Below, piece after piece: positions 9,600-19,379 of a stretch of DNA of 64,000 bases. The notes beneath the pieces are model-generated. The model was not told the DNA's origin, ran no database searches, and saw only the letters and a list, made by a program, of their open reading frames with translations. Within the stretch, counting starts at the first letter, position 1; every line of letters starts with the position of its first letter. The DNA lies in NCBI GenBank assembly GCA_963815115.1, contig CAWFFN010000008.1, forward strand, positions 782,177 through 846,176, given 5' to 3'. The position numbers were made by a program, and so were the translations under genes. Origin of the DNA: an uncultured delta proteobacterium (lineage in GTDB: Bacteria; Desulfobacterota; Binatia; DP-6).

Positions 9600-12029
9600 T
9601 CATCTCGGCCGGCCGAGATCGTCCTGGCTCCAGTCGCAGACGCCTTCCGGGAAGATCTGGTTCAGGCGGTCGCGCTCGGCGGGGCTCGGCACCCAGCTGC
9701 CGTAGGTGCCGGATGCGATCGCCGCGTCCACGCTCTGGAGCCCGCACTTGAAGATGCCGCCCTCGAACGGGCCGCCCGCCACGCGGCGCGAGCTGCTGTG
9801 GGTCGGGAACATCTGCGTGCACGGGCCGGGCGGCAGGTCGTCGAGCACGCCGTCCCACACGTGCGGGCCGTGGGCGATCTCGACGCCCGCCGTGGTGAAG
9901 CAGCGGTCCACCGCGAGCGCCGGCTTGTTGCCCGCCACGCCGCGCTGCGGCCGCTGCCGGATGTTCTTCATCCACTCGTCCATCACCGCGAAGGCCTCCG
10001 GCGTCTGGTCGAAGGCGACGGCGGGTCGCGCGTCGGTGAACCAGATCACCTGGTTGTCCGCATTGCCGTTCGCGATCTGGATGCGCCGGCGCGTCGCGAA
10101 CGACTGGTGGCTGTGGTGCATGTCGAGCTCTTCCTCGAGGTAGTGCCGCCAGTCGATCACCGGGACGTCGATCGAGCCGTCGAAGCGCATGCCGCTCTGG
10201 TAGGCGGCATTCATCGCCTCGAGGCTGCCGTGCCGGCGCGGCGCCGGCGTGACGCCGCCGTCGGGCGAGAGGTTCATGTTGCGCTCGCTCCACGGATCGA
10301 AGGTCGCCGGGCTCGGCGCGCCGATGAAGGGGAAGCCCTCCTGGACCATGTCGCCGGGCTCCTTCCAGCTGCCGATCTTCGCGTTCAGGTCCAGGAACTC
10401 CGCCGGCGTGATCACGCCGTCCACCAGCGCCTGCAGTCCGTACTGCACGCCGACGTTGTCCCAGGGCGTGCGCCCGAAGCCCTGCGCGTCGGTGCCATAG
10501 ATGTTCACGAGGTCGCCGGCGTGGGTCCAGTCAACGTCCGCGGCGCCCTGCGCCAGCTTGTCGAGATCCTGCACGTCGGTGAAGTTCGGGTTCAGCACCA
10601 GCGGCGTCAGCCCGAACCAGGCGCGCCGACACTCGGTGATGGCGGGCACCGGCGAACCCGGCTCGGGCACTGGCGCGTTCAGGCCGAGCAGCGCGTAGAG
10701 GCCGTAGAGCTGGAACCACTGCGTCGCCTCGGAAGCGTCCATGAAGGGCATGCGGCTCGCGTTGAGGCCCTCGACGGCGCGCCGGTTCAGCACGTCGTCC
10801 CACTTGTTGTTGGTGAGATCGGTCTTGTCGAAGTAGTGCTCGAGCAGCTCGCAGTCTCCGACGTGGATCGTCTGTGTGATCATGTCCGAGTAGGAGTACT
10901 GCGGGATCAGCGCGTCGAGCAGGCCCGGGTGGTTCTGGGCGTAGACGTACTGCTGGATCGCGCCGCCCGAGCCGCCGACGCCGACGGTGTAGAGCGGCAC
11001 GCCGTGGGCCTCGACAAAGCGCTCCTTCAGCATCAGCGCCGTCTCGCCGCCGAGCTGGAGGTTGTAGTGGGTGTTGGTGCGCAGTCCGCTCGAGCTCACC
11101 ACCGCGTAGCCGAGCTTCAGCACGTCGTCGCGCAGCATGGCGCCGCCGCCGATCGTCCCCTGGGTGCGCCCGATGGCGACGCCGCCCTCCATGCTGAAGA
11201 CCAGACGGCCGTTCCACAGCGAGTCGTCGGGATCGGACGGATCCGTCTCGCCGGCCGGCGCCAGCATGGCGATCGCGTAGATGAAGCGATTGATGGTGCC
11301 GCGCTCGCGGCGCACGATGTAGGGCACCGTGTCGCCGTCGAGTGTCGTCGTCATCGCGATGTCGCCCGGCAGCGGCCCGGCCGGGTTCGGCAGCGCCGCG
11401 AAGGCGCCGGCCGTGTTGCGGTAGACGTAGTCGAAGCGGCGGTTCGCCGCGCAGTTCTTGCTCCAGCCGACGATCACGGCGCCGGCGGTGGGATAGCCGC
11501 GCCCGTCGCGCGGGTAGTTGCCGCTCGCGTCCTCCTGCGCGACGGGAATGCCGAAGTGGTCCTGGTTGTCGACGATCGGCTGGCCGATGCCGGCGCGCGC
11601 CGTCGTGCACACGAAGGGCTGCTGCTGCGGACCCGAGAAGATCGGGCCGCTGGCGGGGTAGTTGGTGACGACGAGCTGGGCGTGGGGCTGCGAGTTCGGC
11701 CCCGACTTCAGCACCAGCAGGTTGTCGCCGAGCTCGAAGCCGGTGACGACGCCGATCAGGTCTCCCTTGCTCTGCTGGAGCTGATCGGTGACGTCCACGC
11801 CGTTCAGCAGCAGCAGCGCGTTCTTCTTGACCTTCTTGCCCGGGAAGCCGACGCGCACCAGCGCGTCGCCGCCGGTCACCTGGTACGGCGCGCTCGACAG
11901 GATCTCGATCTTCCAGGTGTCCTTTTCCTCACTGGCAAAGGCCCCGACCGCGACGACGAGCGAGGCGGCGCCAAGCAGAGCGAGGGCGAGGCAGCGGCGA
12001 GAGACACGAGCGCAACGGCGGTTCGCCAT
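9600..12029 (-). CDS. DUF6351-family secreted alpha/beta-hydrolase-like protein
   Basis: RBS GGAGG; signal peptide; VTGGDALVRV, GPIFSGPQQQPFVC, RGTINRFIY, GVGGSGGAIQQY nucleophile-like motif, WDNVGVQYGL. Confidence 0.8.
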   Translation of the reverse strand: MANRRCARVSRRCLALALLGAASLVVAVGAFASEEKDTWKIEILSSAPYQVTGGDALVRVGFPGKKVKKNALLLLNGVDVTDQLQQSKGDLIGVVTGFELGDNLLVLKSGPNSQPHAQLVVTNYPASGPIFSGPQQQPFVCTTARAGIGQPIVDNQDHFGIPVAQEDASGNYPRDGRGYPTAGAVIVGWSKNCAANRRFDYVYRNTAGAFAALPNPAGPLPGDIAMTTTLDGDTVPYIVRRERGTINRFIYAIAMLAPAGETDPSDPDDSLWNGRLVFSMEGGVAIGRTQGTIGGGAMLRDDVLKLGYAVVSSSGLRTNTHYNLQLGGETALMLKERFVEAHGVPLYTVGVGGSGGAIQQYVYAQNHPGLLDALIPQYSYSDMITQTIHVGDCELLEHYFDKTDLTNNKWDDVLNRRAVEGLNASRMPFMDASEATQWFQLYGLYALLGLNAPVPEPGSPVPAITECRRAWFGLTPLVLNPNFTDVQDLDKLAQGAADVDWTHAGDLVNIYGTDAQGFGRTPWDNVGVQYGLQALVDGVITPAEFLDLNAKIGSWKEPGDMVQEGFPFIGAPSPATFDPWSERNMNLSPDGGVTPAPRRHGSLEAMNAAYQSGMRFDGSIDVPVIDWRHYLEEELDMHHSHQSFATRRRIQIANGNADNQVIWFTDARPAVAFDQTPEAFAVMDEWMKNIRQRPQRGVAGNKPALAVDRCFTTAGVEIAHGPHVWDGVLDDLPPGPCTQMFPTHSSSRRVAGGPFEGGIFKCGLQSVDAAIASGTYGSWVPSPAERDRLNQIFPEGVCDWSQDDLGRPR

Positions 12030-12399
12030 GAGCAGTTCCTCCAACCGGCGGCGCGGGCTATCCACAGAGAGCTCCGCGGAATTCACCCTACGCGTCGGGC
12101 GAATCGGGTGTCAACCGCGCACGCCTCGCGCAGCGAGGCGCAGCCGATCGAAGTCAGCGGAACGACCCTGCAGGCTGCAGAAAACGCTCAGCGCTTGAGC
12201 TCGGAGAACTGGATCGAGCAGACGCAGATGTACCCTCTCGACCCGTCACGCGGCCTGGTCGTGCCCAATGCGGGCGCCACGACGGCGCCGCACGTGCTGC
12301 ACCCAAGCATGCTCGGGACTCTCAACGGGCTCCCCGTCGACCCGGCGATCCAGTGCACCCTCTCGACGAGCCAGCGCCCAAATGCATTCCTCCGCAGCC

Positions 12400-12860
12400 C
12401 GATCAGGGAGCTCGCCACGGGAGACCTGCGCCATCCGACACAACCGCGTCACCGGATACCGACCTTTCTCCGCCTCGACGAACCGGTAGCGGCTCATCGG
12501 GTTTCCATCGCGAAGAAAGCCGCCCGCTTCAGGATGTCTCGCTCCTCGTGCAGCACCTGCACCTCCCGCCGCAACCGCCGCAGCTCCTCGCGCTCTTCGA
12601 TCGTCAACCCGTCGCGCTCGCCCGCGTCCACGGCCGCCTGCCCGACCCAGCGCCGCACCGCCGTCTCACTCAGGTCCAGCTCACGACAGATCGCTGGCAG
12701 CGATCGCTCGCCCCGGCGCACCACGGCGATGACCTCGGCCTTGAACTCCGGCGTGAACGACCGCCGCTGCCGCCGGCGTGCCCCGTTCCCTTCCGCCTTC
12801 TTCCCCATTCGGACTCCCTCCACGTGGGCTCACGCCCACATCCGGGATGTCCACGCGTTC
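12400..12860 (-). mobile_element. IS3-family remnant: intact OrfA (12494..12808) and first ~27 codons of OrfB
   Basis: RRSFTPEFKAEVI...ICRELDLSETAVRRWV...EERDILKRAAFFA; OrfB MSRYRFVEAEKGRYPVTRLCRMAQVSR via ATGA overlap, then truncated. Confidence 0.85.
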
Positions 12861-12869
12861 GTATCGATG

Positions 12870-13272
12870 AAGGCGCACGGGCTGTCCTCCGCGCCACTGC
12901 GGTACGGTCCGCAGCACACCACGGGGTCATCCGCGAGGAGCCCCAATCGACGACGGGAGGACAGCTCGATGGAACGCTACTACGTGGGTCTCGACGTGCA
13001 TAGCCGCGAGAGTGTGTTCGTCATCAAGAGGCATGACGGGGAGCTCGTCGACCGCGGCGCGCTCCCCACGACCGCGCTGGGTCTCGCGCGCCTCCGCGAC
13101 GAGCACGGCTTGCCCCCAGGGACGCCCATCGCCCTCGAGACCGGCACGTCCGCCTTCTTCGTGGCGAGCTCGCCCGCCTCGACCTCACGCCGGTCGTGAT
13201 CGATGCACACGAGGTCCGCCGCAAGGCCCACCGCCCGCTCCAGAAGAGTGACCGCCGCGACGCACTCGAGGA
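12870..13272 (+). mobile_element. IS110-family left end and transposase N-terminal (DEDD) fragment
   Basis: ATG 12969 MERYYVGLDVHSRESV...IALETGT / frameshift / VIDAHEVRRKAHRPLQKSDRRDALE; GLDVH, E and KxDxxDA catalytic motifs. Confidence 0.85.
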
Positions 13273-13421
13273 GTCGCTGGCGCTCATTCACGAGATTCGT
13301 CCCCGAGGAGTTCGATGCGGACGAACCGATCATCAAGCCATGACTTCGGGGGGGCCACCCAGCTTCAGCTGCTTGGCAACGGGTCCTTCATCGCGTCGGT
13401 CGCGCTCGATGCACAGGCAGC

Positions 13422-13653
13422 GCGTCGCGACGTACACTGGCTACATCCGGTCCCTCGGCATCGGAGTACCGACTGATTCAACGGTAGCGCCGCGGACGAC
13501 GGTTTCTGCTACCGCGCTGCTACCACTCCCACCCAACCCAGGACGCACGAGGCGAAAGTGTGGTCACTCGTGATCGTCGGTTTTCCGTGGGGATAGGTCT
13601 CCCTGGTGCTGCGAAGTTTCGCCTCTATCCGAGTTCGTAATCAGTCGGTCGCC
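13422..13653 (+). repeat. Island-end module copy 1 (~230 bp, homologous to 27036..27260), ending in tRNA-Thr-derived TTCGTAATCAGTCGGTCGCC
   Basis: Shared blocks ACGTACACTGGC, CTGCTACC-N3-CTGCTACCAC, CCAGGACGCACGAGGCGAAAGTGTGGTCA, TCGGTTTTC, GGGATAG, AGTTTCGC, GAGTTCG. Confidence 0.85.
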
Positions 13654-13835
13654 CTCCGAGGCGAACCTCGTTCGTCGTCCCATGATTCCATCCAACTCGA
13701 CGTCTGCAGCCTCGCGAAACTCGGGGCGGTTCAATCCTCGATGAGAAGGCGTTGGAGGAAGGGATGAAGAGAAATGGAAGCGGACCGCGTTCTGCGAACC
13801 CGCGGGCGCCTTGGGCACACCGGAGGAGAGGAGCG

Positions 13836-13887
13836 TTGACAGAACGACCCAGCCTTCCTACACTACGAAAGTAGGACTTTCCTACCC
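13836..13887 (+). promoter_or_regulatory. Sigma70 promoter and palindromic operator of the TA operon
   Basis: TTGACA (13836-41), 17-bp spacer, TACACT (13859-64); palindrome GTAGGA-ctt-TCCTAC (13871-85). Confidence 0.8.
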
Positions 13888-14184
13888 ATGGCAACCGCTG
13901 CAACCAAGGTCGGACCGAAGTTCCAGGTCACCATCCCGAAGAACGTCCGGGATGCCGTCGGGCTGAAGGTGGGCGACCTGGTCGAGGCCTCCGTGGGGCG
14001 CGAGGGCATCGTCCTCCGCCAGAAGGTTCTCATCGACAAGCCAGTGAGCCTGGCAAGGCAGCTCGAGGAATCGGAAGCGGCGGTGAAGGCGGGGCGGGTC
14101 CTCGGACCGTTCAAGTCGGCCGGTACCGCAATGAGGGCCGTGAAAGCCCATGCGCGCCGTGCTGACCGAACCGTTCGCCGCTAA
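13888..14184 (+). CDS. AbrB/MazE/SpoVT-family antitoxin
   Basis: KVGPKFQVTIPKNVRDAVGLKVGDLV swapped-hairpin motif; overlaps the downstream toxin. Confidence 0.9.
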   Translation: MATAATKVGPKFQVTIPKNVRDAVGLKVGDLVEASVGREGIVLRQKVLIDKPVSLARQLEESEAAVKAGRVLGPFKSAGTAMRAVKAHARRADRTVRR

Positions 14185-14395
14185 CCTGATCGCGAGCCCG
14201 CCGGAGGTCCAGAAGGCTTTCGGCAAGCAGCTCACGAATCTCCTCCGCGACCTGCGCCACCCTTCCCTGCGAGCGAAGAAGTACGAGGAACGCACGGGCC
14301 TCTGGCAAGCCCGGATCAACGACGACTGGCGGATGTACTTCACCATCGAGGGCGACGTCTACGTGCTGCGAGCGATCACGCCTCACCCGAAGTAG
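14150..14395 (+). CDS. RelE/ParE-superfamily toxin
   Basis: 81 aa; DLRHPSLRAKKY...WQARINDDWRMYFTIEGDVYVLRAITPHPK. Confidence 0.85.
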   Translation: MRAVLTEPFAANLIASPPEVQKAFGKQLTNLLRDLRHPSLRAKKYEERTGLWQARINDDWRMYFTIEGDVYVLRAITPHPK

Positions 14396-14598
14396 CTCGC
14401 TCGTGCAGGGTGCGACGGCCACACTCTCGAGCGGCGGAATCAGTAGGTCAGTGTCCTCGACTGAGCATCGGTCAGTCTCCATCCAGTCACCATGCCCATG
14501 CCTCCCGGTGCCTGCCGATGGATGAGCGCGACGCGTAACCTCCGAATCTTCCGAGACACGGCCACCCGCCGGAACCTCCCGGCAACCTCCTGCGTCCT

Positions 14599-14643
14599 TT
14601 CGTAATTAGTAGCTCGCCGGTTCGACTCCGGCGGGTGGCTCTA
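14599..14643 (+). repeat. 3' half of tRNA-Thr(CGT), probable att scar
   Basis: TTCGTAA anticodon loop, T-arm GCCGG-TTCGACT-CCGGC, acceptor strand GGGTGGC; 14614-14642 identical (29 bp) to 27256-27284. Confidence 0.8.
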
Positions 14644-15054
14644 GAATTCTCCGTCTTTTGTGGGGCTTGCACGACCCGCACCGGGATAGTGGAGGTTTCA
14701 TCGCACCGGTGTGTGCCTATGGTGTGCCTCTCTCCACAGCGCGCGCTTCAGAGTTGTCGTCGCAGCCTGGTTCGAGGGCCAACCGATGGCAGAACAGTCG
14801 ACCCAGCCGCAGCCCAATGACCTTCGTGAGACATTCCATGAGGCGTTGACCGACTTCTCTCGGTTCGCTCAGAAGCGCCAGACGGCGAAGGCGCAAGCAG
14901 CGTTGCACCGGCTGTTCACAACGCTCATCGACGTCGACCGAGATGGCGACGTGGTCGGCTCGCGGATCACTGGTGGAAGCAAGAATGCATCCTCCCGCAT
15001 GAACCAGAAGGGCTTCAGGGATGCGGGCACGGCTGCGCGCTCGGCCAGGTGCAG

Positions 15055-15198
15055 GGCGGCACGTCGCTGAACGCGATTCAGCAGCTCCTCGGGCATAGCT
15101 CGCTCGCCACGACGAGCGTCTACCTCCGCAACATCGCCCCCGCGGCGGCCGTTGCCGAGGCGACGGCCAAGACGGCGCACCTGACGGTTGAGCCGTAG
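15055..15198 (+). pseudogene. Tyrosine recombinase/integrase C-terminal fragment
   Basis: SLNAIQQLLGHSSLATTSVYL (LGH box and catalytic Tyr), stop at 15198. Confidence 0.75.
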
Positions 15199-15364
15199 CC
15201 GGCGGCACAGGGAAGACGTTTCCCGGGCTCAGCACATCGTCGCGGGCCGCGATGCAGGTCGCGAGAGGAACTCTCGCACCGCGACACCGCGCCCGGCATG
15301 CACGTTCGCGACGCGTCCTGACCTTCCCCACCACCTCCGGTTGATGGCATGCTGGGGCCGCGCG

Positions 15365-15896
15365 ATGGCACGGGACCCGCGAGACGTGCTGCGCCGGGCA
15401 GCGTTCGGCACGATCCTCTTCGTTCTGCTCGCGCCAGGTACCGTGGTCGTCCTCGGGCCGTGGCTCCTCACCGGCTGGCGCTTCGCGCCGCCGTTGCTCG
15501 GGTGGAGCATGACGCGCTGGCTCGGGGCCGTGCTCCTTGTGCTCGCATTGCCGCTCTTTGCCGCATTCAACCTGCGCTTCGTGATCGAGGGGCCACGGGA
15601 CGCCTGCGCCGATCGCCCCGACCGAACTTCTCGTCGTGGGAGGACCATTCCGCTGGGTGCGCAACCCGGGCTACGTCTCGGTAATCGCCCTCCTGGTAGG
15701 ACAGGCATTGCTCTTCGCGAGCCCCGGCCTCTTCGGGTATGCGGCCGTCGTCGCACTCGCCTTTCACCTCTTCGTCGTGCTCTACGAGGAGCCGACATTG
15801 CGACGGCAGTTCGGCGCGGAGTACGAGACGTACTGCCGCGCCGTACCGCGGTGGATTCCGCGGCTCCGGCCCGCAGCGAAGCCACCACCCTGCTGA
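15365..15896 (+). CDS. Isoprenylcysteine carboxylmethyltransferase / PEMT-family membrane protein (one frameshift near 15590)
   Basis: TM helices; GTPAPIAPT.LVVGGPFRWVRNPGY...EEPTLRRQFGAEYETYCRAVPRWIP. Confidence 0.8.
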
Positions 15897-15914
15897 CGCG
15901 CTGGGCGCGCGGGG

Positions 15915-16438
15915 ATCGCCGGGAACGAGACCACGCGAAACGCGATGACGGGCGGCGTGCTCGCCTTCCTTGAGCATCCCGGCGAATGGCGGCGCCTCCG
16001 CGCGGACCCCGCGCTCCTCGACACCGCCGTCGAGGAGATCGTAGGCTGGACGACGCCGGTCATCCAGTTTGATCGCACGGCGACCCGTGACTACACGCTG
16101 CGTGAGACGACCATCCGGAAAGGCCAGGCGGTGTGCCCCTTCTACCCCTCGGCGAACCGCGACGAGGACGTGTTCGCCGATCCCTTCGCCTTTCGCATCG
16201 ATCGCGTGCCGAACGAGCACATCGGCTTCGGCATCGGCGACATGTCTGCCTGGGCGCGCATCTCGCCCGGCTCGAACTGCGCCACGCCTTCATGCAGCTT
16301 CGCGACCGACTCGAGCACTGCGAACTCGCGGGTCCCGTCGAACGTGTGCGATCGAGCTTCGTCGGGGGAATCAAGCATGCGCCGATGCACTGGAGGATCG
16401 CGGGAGGGCGCGGGGCGGGGACGAGCCCGGGCGGGTAA
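15915..16438 (+). pseudogene. Cytochrome P450 C-terminal fragment
   Basis: AGNETTRNA (I-helix), AVEEI, SANRDE, heme loop GFGIG.HVCLGAHLAR with frameshift; N-terminal half missing. Confidence 0.8.
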
Positions 16439-16458
16439 GCCGGCGTCGTGCGGCCGAT

Positions 16459-16500
16459 GAGGCCCTTGGAAGGCGAGACGTTCCAGGGCCTCGTTTCTTC
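16459..16500 (+). terminator. Probable intrinsic terminator
   Basis: GAGGCCCTTGGAA...TTCCAGGGCCTC stem followed by GTTTCTTC. Confidence 0.5.
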
Positions 16501-16972
16501 TGCGCCCGCGGCCGCTCGGGGGGGCTGGCTGGTAGGAGGTCGCTTGCTATGGCGAGACACCGCGGCCCTGCGAACACGGCAGGGCAGCACTGGGTCCCGC
16601 TAACGATCCCCAGGCGGTTCCGGCGTGGAGCGCGAAGGCTCGCGGAACGTTGTCGTTGGCGGATTCGAGAGGAATCGGATGCGCTTCTACCCCACCACCC
16701 TCACCGGTCGCCAGCAGACGCGCCAGGAGGGCGGAGTGACACGGCCACGGAAAGCCGGCCGTCTCCGCCGGGACCTTGACGTCGCGGCGCGCTCGGGGGT
16801 AGGGCCCACGGCATGCGTGGAGACGCCGTGAGGAGGGTGCACGATCTACTCGTCGCCGGGGCTGCCGGGCGTACTCCCCGCGCGCTCGCCGCCCGATCGT
16901 GATCGCCGACGCCGACTTCGACCTGGCGGTCGCCGCGGCTGACACGCTCGTCGTTGGCCTTCATCAGAAGAC

Positions 16973-17674
16973 ATGACTTCGCCGCATCGCAGCGCCGCAC
17001 GGGCCACAAGTCCTCATTGGACCATCGCCCAAGCGTTCATGGAGTGGGATCCGCTTGTCCGAATCTATGAGAGTCGCCTGTGGAGACGGAGCCCGCTCCT
17101 CACGCTCCTGACCGGGATATCCTTCGATCGCGAATACTCGCTGATTGCGGCGGCTCTTCAGATCGATACCGCGCATCGCATCCTCGACCTCGCCTGCGGT
17201 CCTGGCATCTACACTCGCAGATTCGCTCAGCACCGTCCCGAAGCTGCAGTTGTCGGCATGGACCTGTCCGCACCGATGCTCGGCTACGCTGTGCGCCGGG
17301 CGCGGGAGGCGCGGCTGGCCAACGTGGCACTTGTCCGTGGCGACGCGTTGGCGTTCCCTTTCAGGGCGAATCTTTTCGATGGCGTCAACTGTTGCGGCGC
17401 GTTGCACCTATTTCCTGACGTCGATGGGGTCTTGAGCGAGATCCGCCGTGTACTCCGCGAGGGAGGCCGCCTGACCATCGCGGCATTCCGCCGGGGCGAC
17501 AGCACGTTCGCCAGGGCCCGAGCAGACCTCCGTCGGCGGCTCTACGGCGTCGACGCCTTCAGCCCGACCGGGCTCAGAGAGCGCCTCGAAGGCGCCGGTT
17601 TCTCACATGTCCGCTGCCTCCACGCGGCAGGAGTCTGGCTGGTCATCTCCGCCGAGACGACGAAGGCTGCGTAA
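16973..17674 (+). CDS. Class I SAM-dependent methyltransferase (UbiE-like)
   Basis: ILDLACGPG, VGMDLSAPML, RGDALAFPF...FDGVNCCGALHLF, RRVLREGGRL. Confidence 0.85.
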   Translation: MTSPHRSAARATSPHWTIAQAFMEWDPLVRIYESRLWRRSPLLTLLTGISFDREYSLIAAALQIDTAHRILDLACGPGIYTRRFAQHRPEAAVVGMDLSAPMLGYAVRRAREARLANVALVRGDALAFPFRANLFDGVNCCGALHLFPDVDGVLSEIRRVLREGGRLTIAAFRRGDSTFARARADLRRRLYGVDAFSPTGLRERLEGAGFSHVRCLHAAGVWLVISAETTKAA

Positions 17675-17909
17675 CAAGAGTAGCTCCTTTCCTCCGCAGG
17701 AAGGGCCCTTTCTGTAGCATCTCGCGGCCCCATGACCGACGAAGCGAACACCGGATGGCTCGAGCCGCCACTTCTCCAAGTGGGAAGTCCGGGACAGCAG
17801 CCTATGGTTGGTGCAGCACCTTGCAGCGCGTGGTGCGGGACACACGGCTCCGCAAGCGCCTCGGGCGCTGTTGACTCCGATGGACGGAGCATTCTAGGGA
17901 GGTGGACCC

Positions 17910-17995
17910 ATGGCGGCGATCAGGGTGTTGATCTCGAGCACATACCTGGACAACGCCGAACGGCGAAAGCGGGTCGAGGACGCCGTCCTCTTAGC
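17910..17995 (+). pseudogene. DUF4062-like domain N-terminal fragment
   Basis: RBS GGAGG; MAAIRVLISSTYLDNAERRKRVEDAV resembles the VFISST..D...ER motif. Confidence 0.45.
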
Positions 17996-18206
17996 TGCCG
18001 CCCGCCTGACCCGGGGCCGCTCCGCGATCGCGAGGTCGAAGAGGCGTTGCGCGAGCTGACCACGTCGACCGTCTCGACCCCAACGCCTGACCTGCCATCT
18101 TGCTAACCGCCTCGAAGAGCTGGGCCACGAGCTCATCCTCGAGCCCCTCACGGCCTGATCCCAGGTGACTTGCGAACCAAATCTGCATATCAGAAACACC
18201 CCATGC

Positions 18207-19379
18207 ATGCCGGTGACCAGGACACGTCGCACGCCGACCCTCGGGCTCGTCCTCTCGGGCGGCGGGGCGCGCGCGGCCTTTCAGGTCGGCGTGATCGAGC
18301 GGCTCCTCGAGGATGTCCACTTCGCCGCCGGTCCGACGGTGCTCTCCGGGACGTCCGCGGGCGGGATCAACGCGGCCCTGCTGGCAGCGGGCAAGACGCC
18401 GGCCGAGATGATGGCGTTCTGGCGCGCCATCGGGACGAACCCGCCTGTCGTCGCCAGCCAGCTCTTCTTCGACGGCGTGCTGCGCGGAGTGCTGCGCCTG
18501 ACGCTCGGCGAGATCCGTCGCTGCCTTTCCGGCCCTACCCTGTTCCTGGCGTTCCTCCAGCGACTGAAGAATCATCTCTCGCCGGCACCCTCGAGCGTCC
18601 TGGCCCTCTGGGTCGAATACCTGTTGACGCAGCGGTTCGAGCTGGTGAGCCGGTTGCTCGAGACAATCCGCGAGCCATACCTCGCCGACACGACCCCGCT
18701 GCGGGAGCGGCTGGTCGACGCGCTGGGCGGTGAGCGCGTCTCGACCCGCGGCACGCGCCTGGCGATCAGCACGGTGGACGCGCACACCGGGCAGGTAGTG
18801 CGGTTCGTGTCCGCGCCGTCGCCGGCCACGCGGTCGCCCGAGTACGTGGTGGTGGAGGCCATCACCGTCGACATGGTCCTCGCAACGGCCAGCATCCCGC
18901 TCCTTTTCCCACCGGTCGAGATCGGACCGCATCTCTGCTGGGATGGCGGGTTGCTCGTGAACACCCCCCTGGCGCCCGTCGTGGCGCTCGGGGCCGACGA
19001 GATCATCACCGTCCTGGTCACCGAGTCGCCCGATCCCACCAGTGGGCAGCTTGCGCACTTCGGGCGAGCCGTCGAGCGCACCGTCGACAGCTTCCTCGAC
19101 AACGCCTACAACGTGGACCGAAAGCTCCTGCTCGAGCGTAACCGCCTCGCGCAGGCGCAACCAGCGAGCGCGCCCTACCGCGCCGTCACGCTTTACGAAG
19201 CGGTGCGGCCTGAGCGCGACGCTTGCTTCAACACCGGCTCATACCTCTACTTCGAGGCCGGGGTGCTCGACTCGATGTACGAGTCGGGCCTTCGCGCAGC
19301 GACGAGGTGGTTGGCGGCGGGCCCGGTGGTCGACCACCTCGACGAACCGCCGTCGCCGCCCGTAGCGTCCAACGCCTGA
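18207..19379 (+). CDS. Patatin-like phospholipase
   Basis: LVLSGGGARAAFQVG, GTSAG, ASIPLLFPPV, WDGG. Confidence 0.9.
   Translation: MPVTRTRRTPTLGLVLSGGGARAAFQVGVIERLLEDVHFAAGPTVLSGTSAGGINAALLAAGKTPAEMMAFWRAIGTNPPVVASQLFFDGVLRGVLRLTLGEIRRCLSGPTLFLAFLQRLKNHLSPAPSSVLALWVEYLLTQRFELVSRLLETIREPYLADTTPLRERLVDALGGERVSTRGTRLAISTVDAHTGQVVRFVSAPSPATRSPEYVVVEAITVDMVLATASIPLLFPPVEIGPHLCWDGGLLVNTPLAPVVALGADEIITVLVTESPDPTSGQLAHFGRAVERTVDSFLDNAYNVDRKLLLERNRLAQAQPASAPYRAVTLYEAVRPERDACFNTGSYLYFEAGVLDSMYESGLRAATRWLAAGPVVDHLDEPPSPPVASNA

Noticed and set aside
9798-13199. 1133-aa plus-strand ORF, and similar long ORFs at 41478-44063 (+), 47268-50150 (-), 48119-51511 (+), 56301-59108 (-)
   Set aside because: Mostly shadow or off-frame ORFs of real genes in high-GC DNA; only short parts (IS110 N-terminus, SBP N-terminus) are genuine coding
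18207-19379. CBASS system with patatin (CapV) effector
   Set aside because: No CD-NTase or ancillary cap genes nearby
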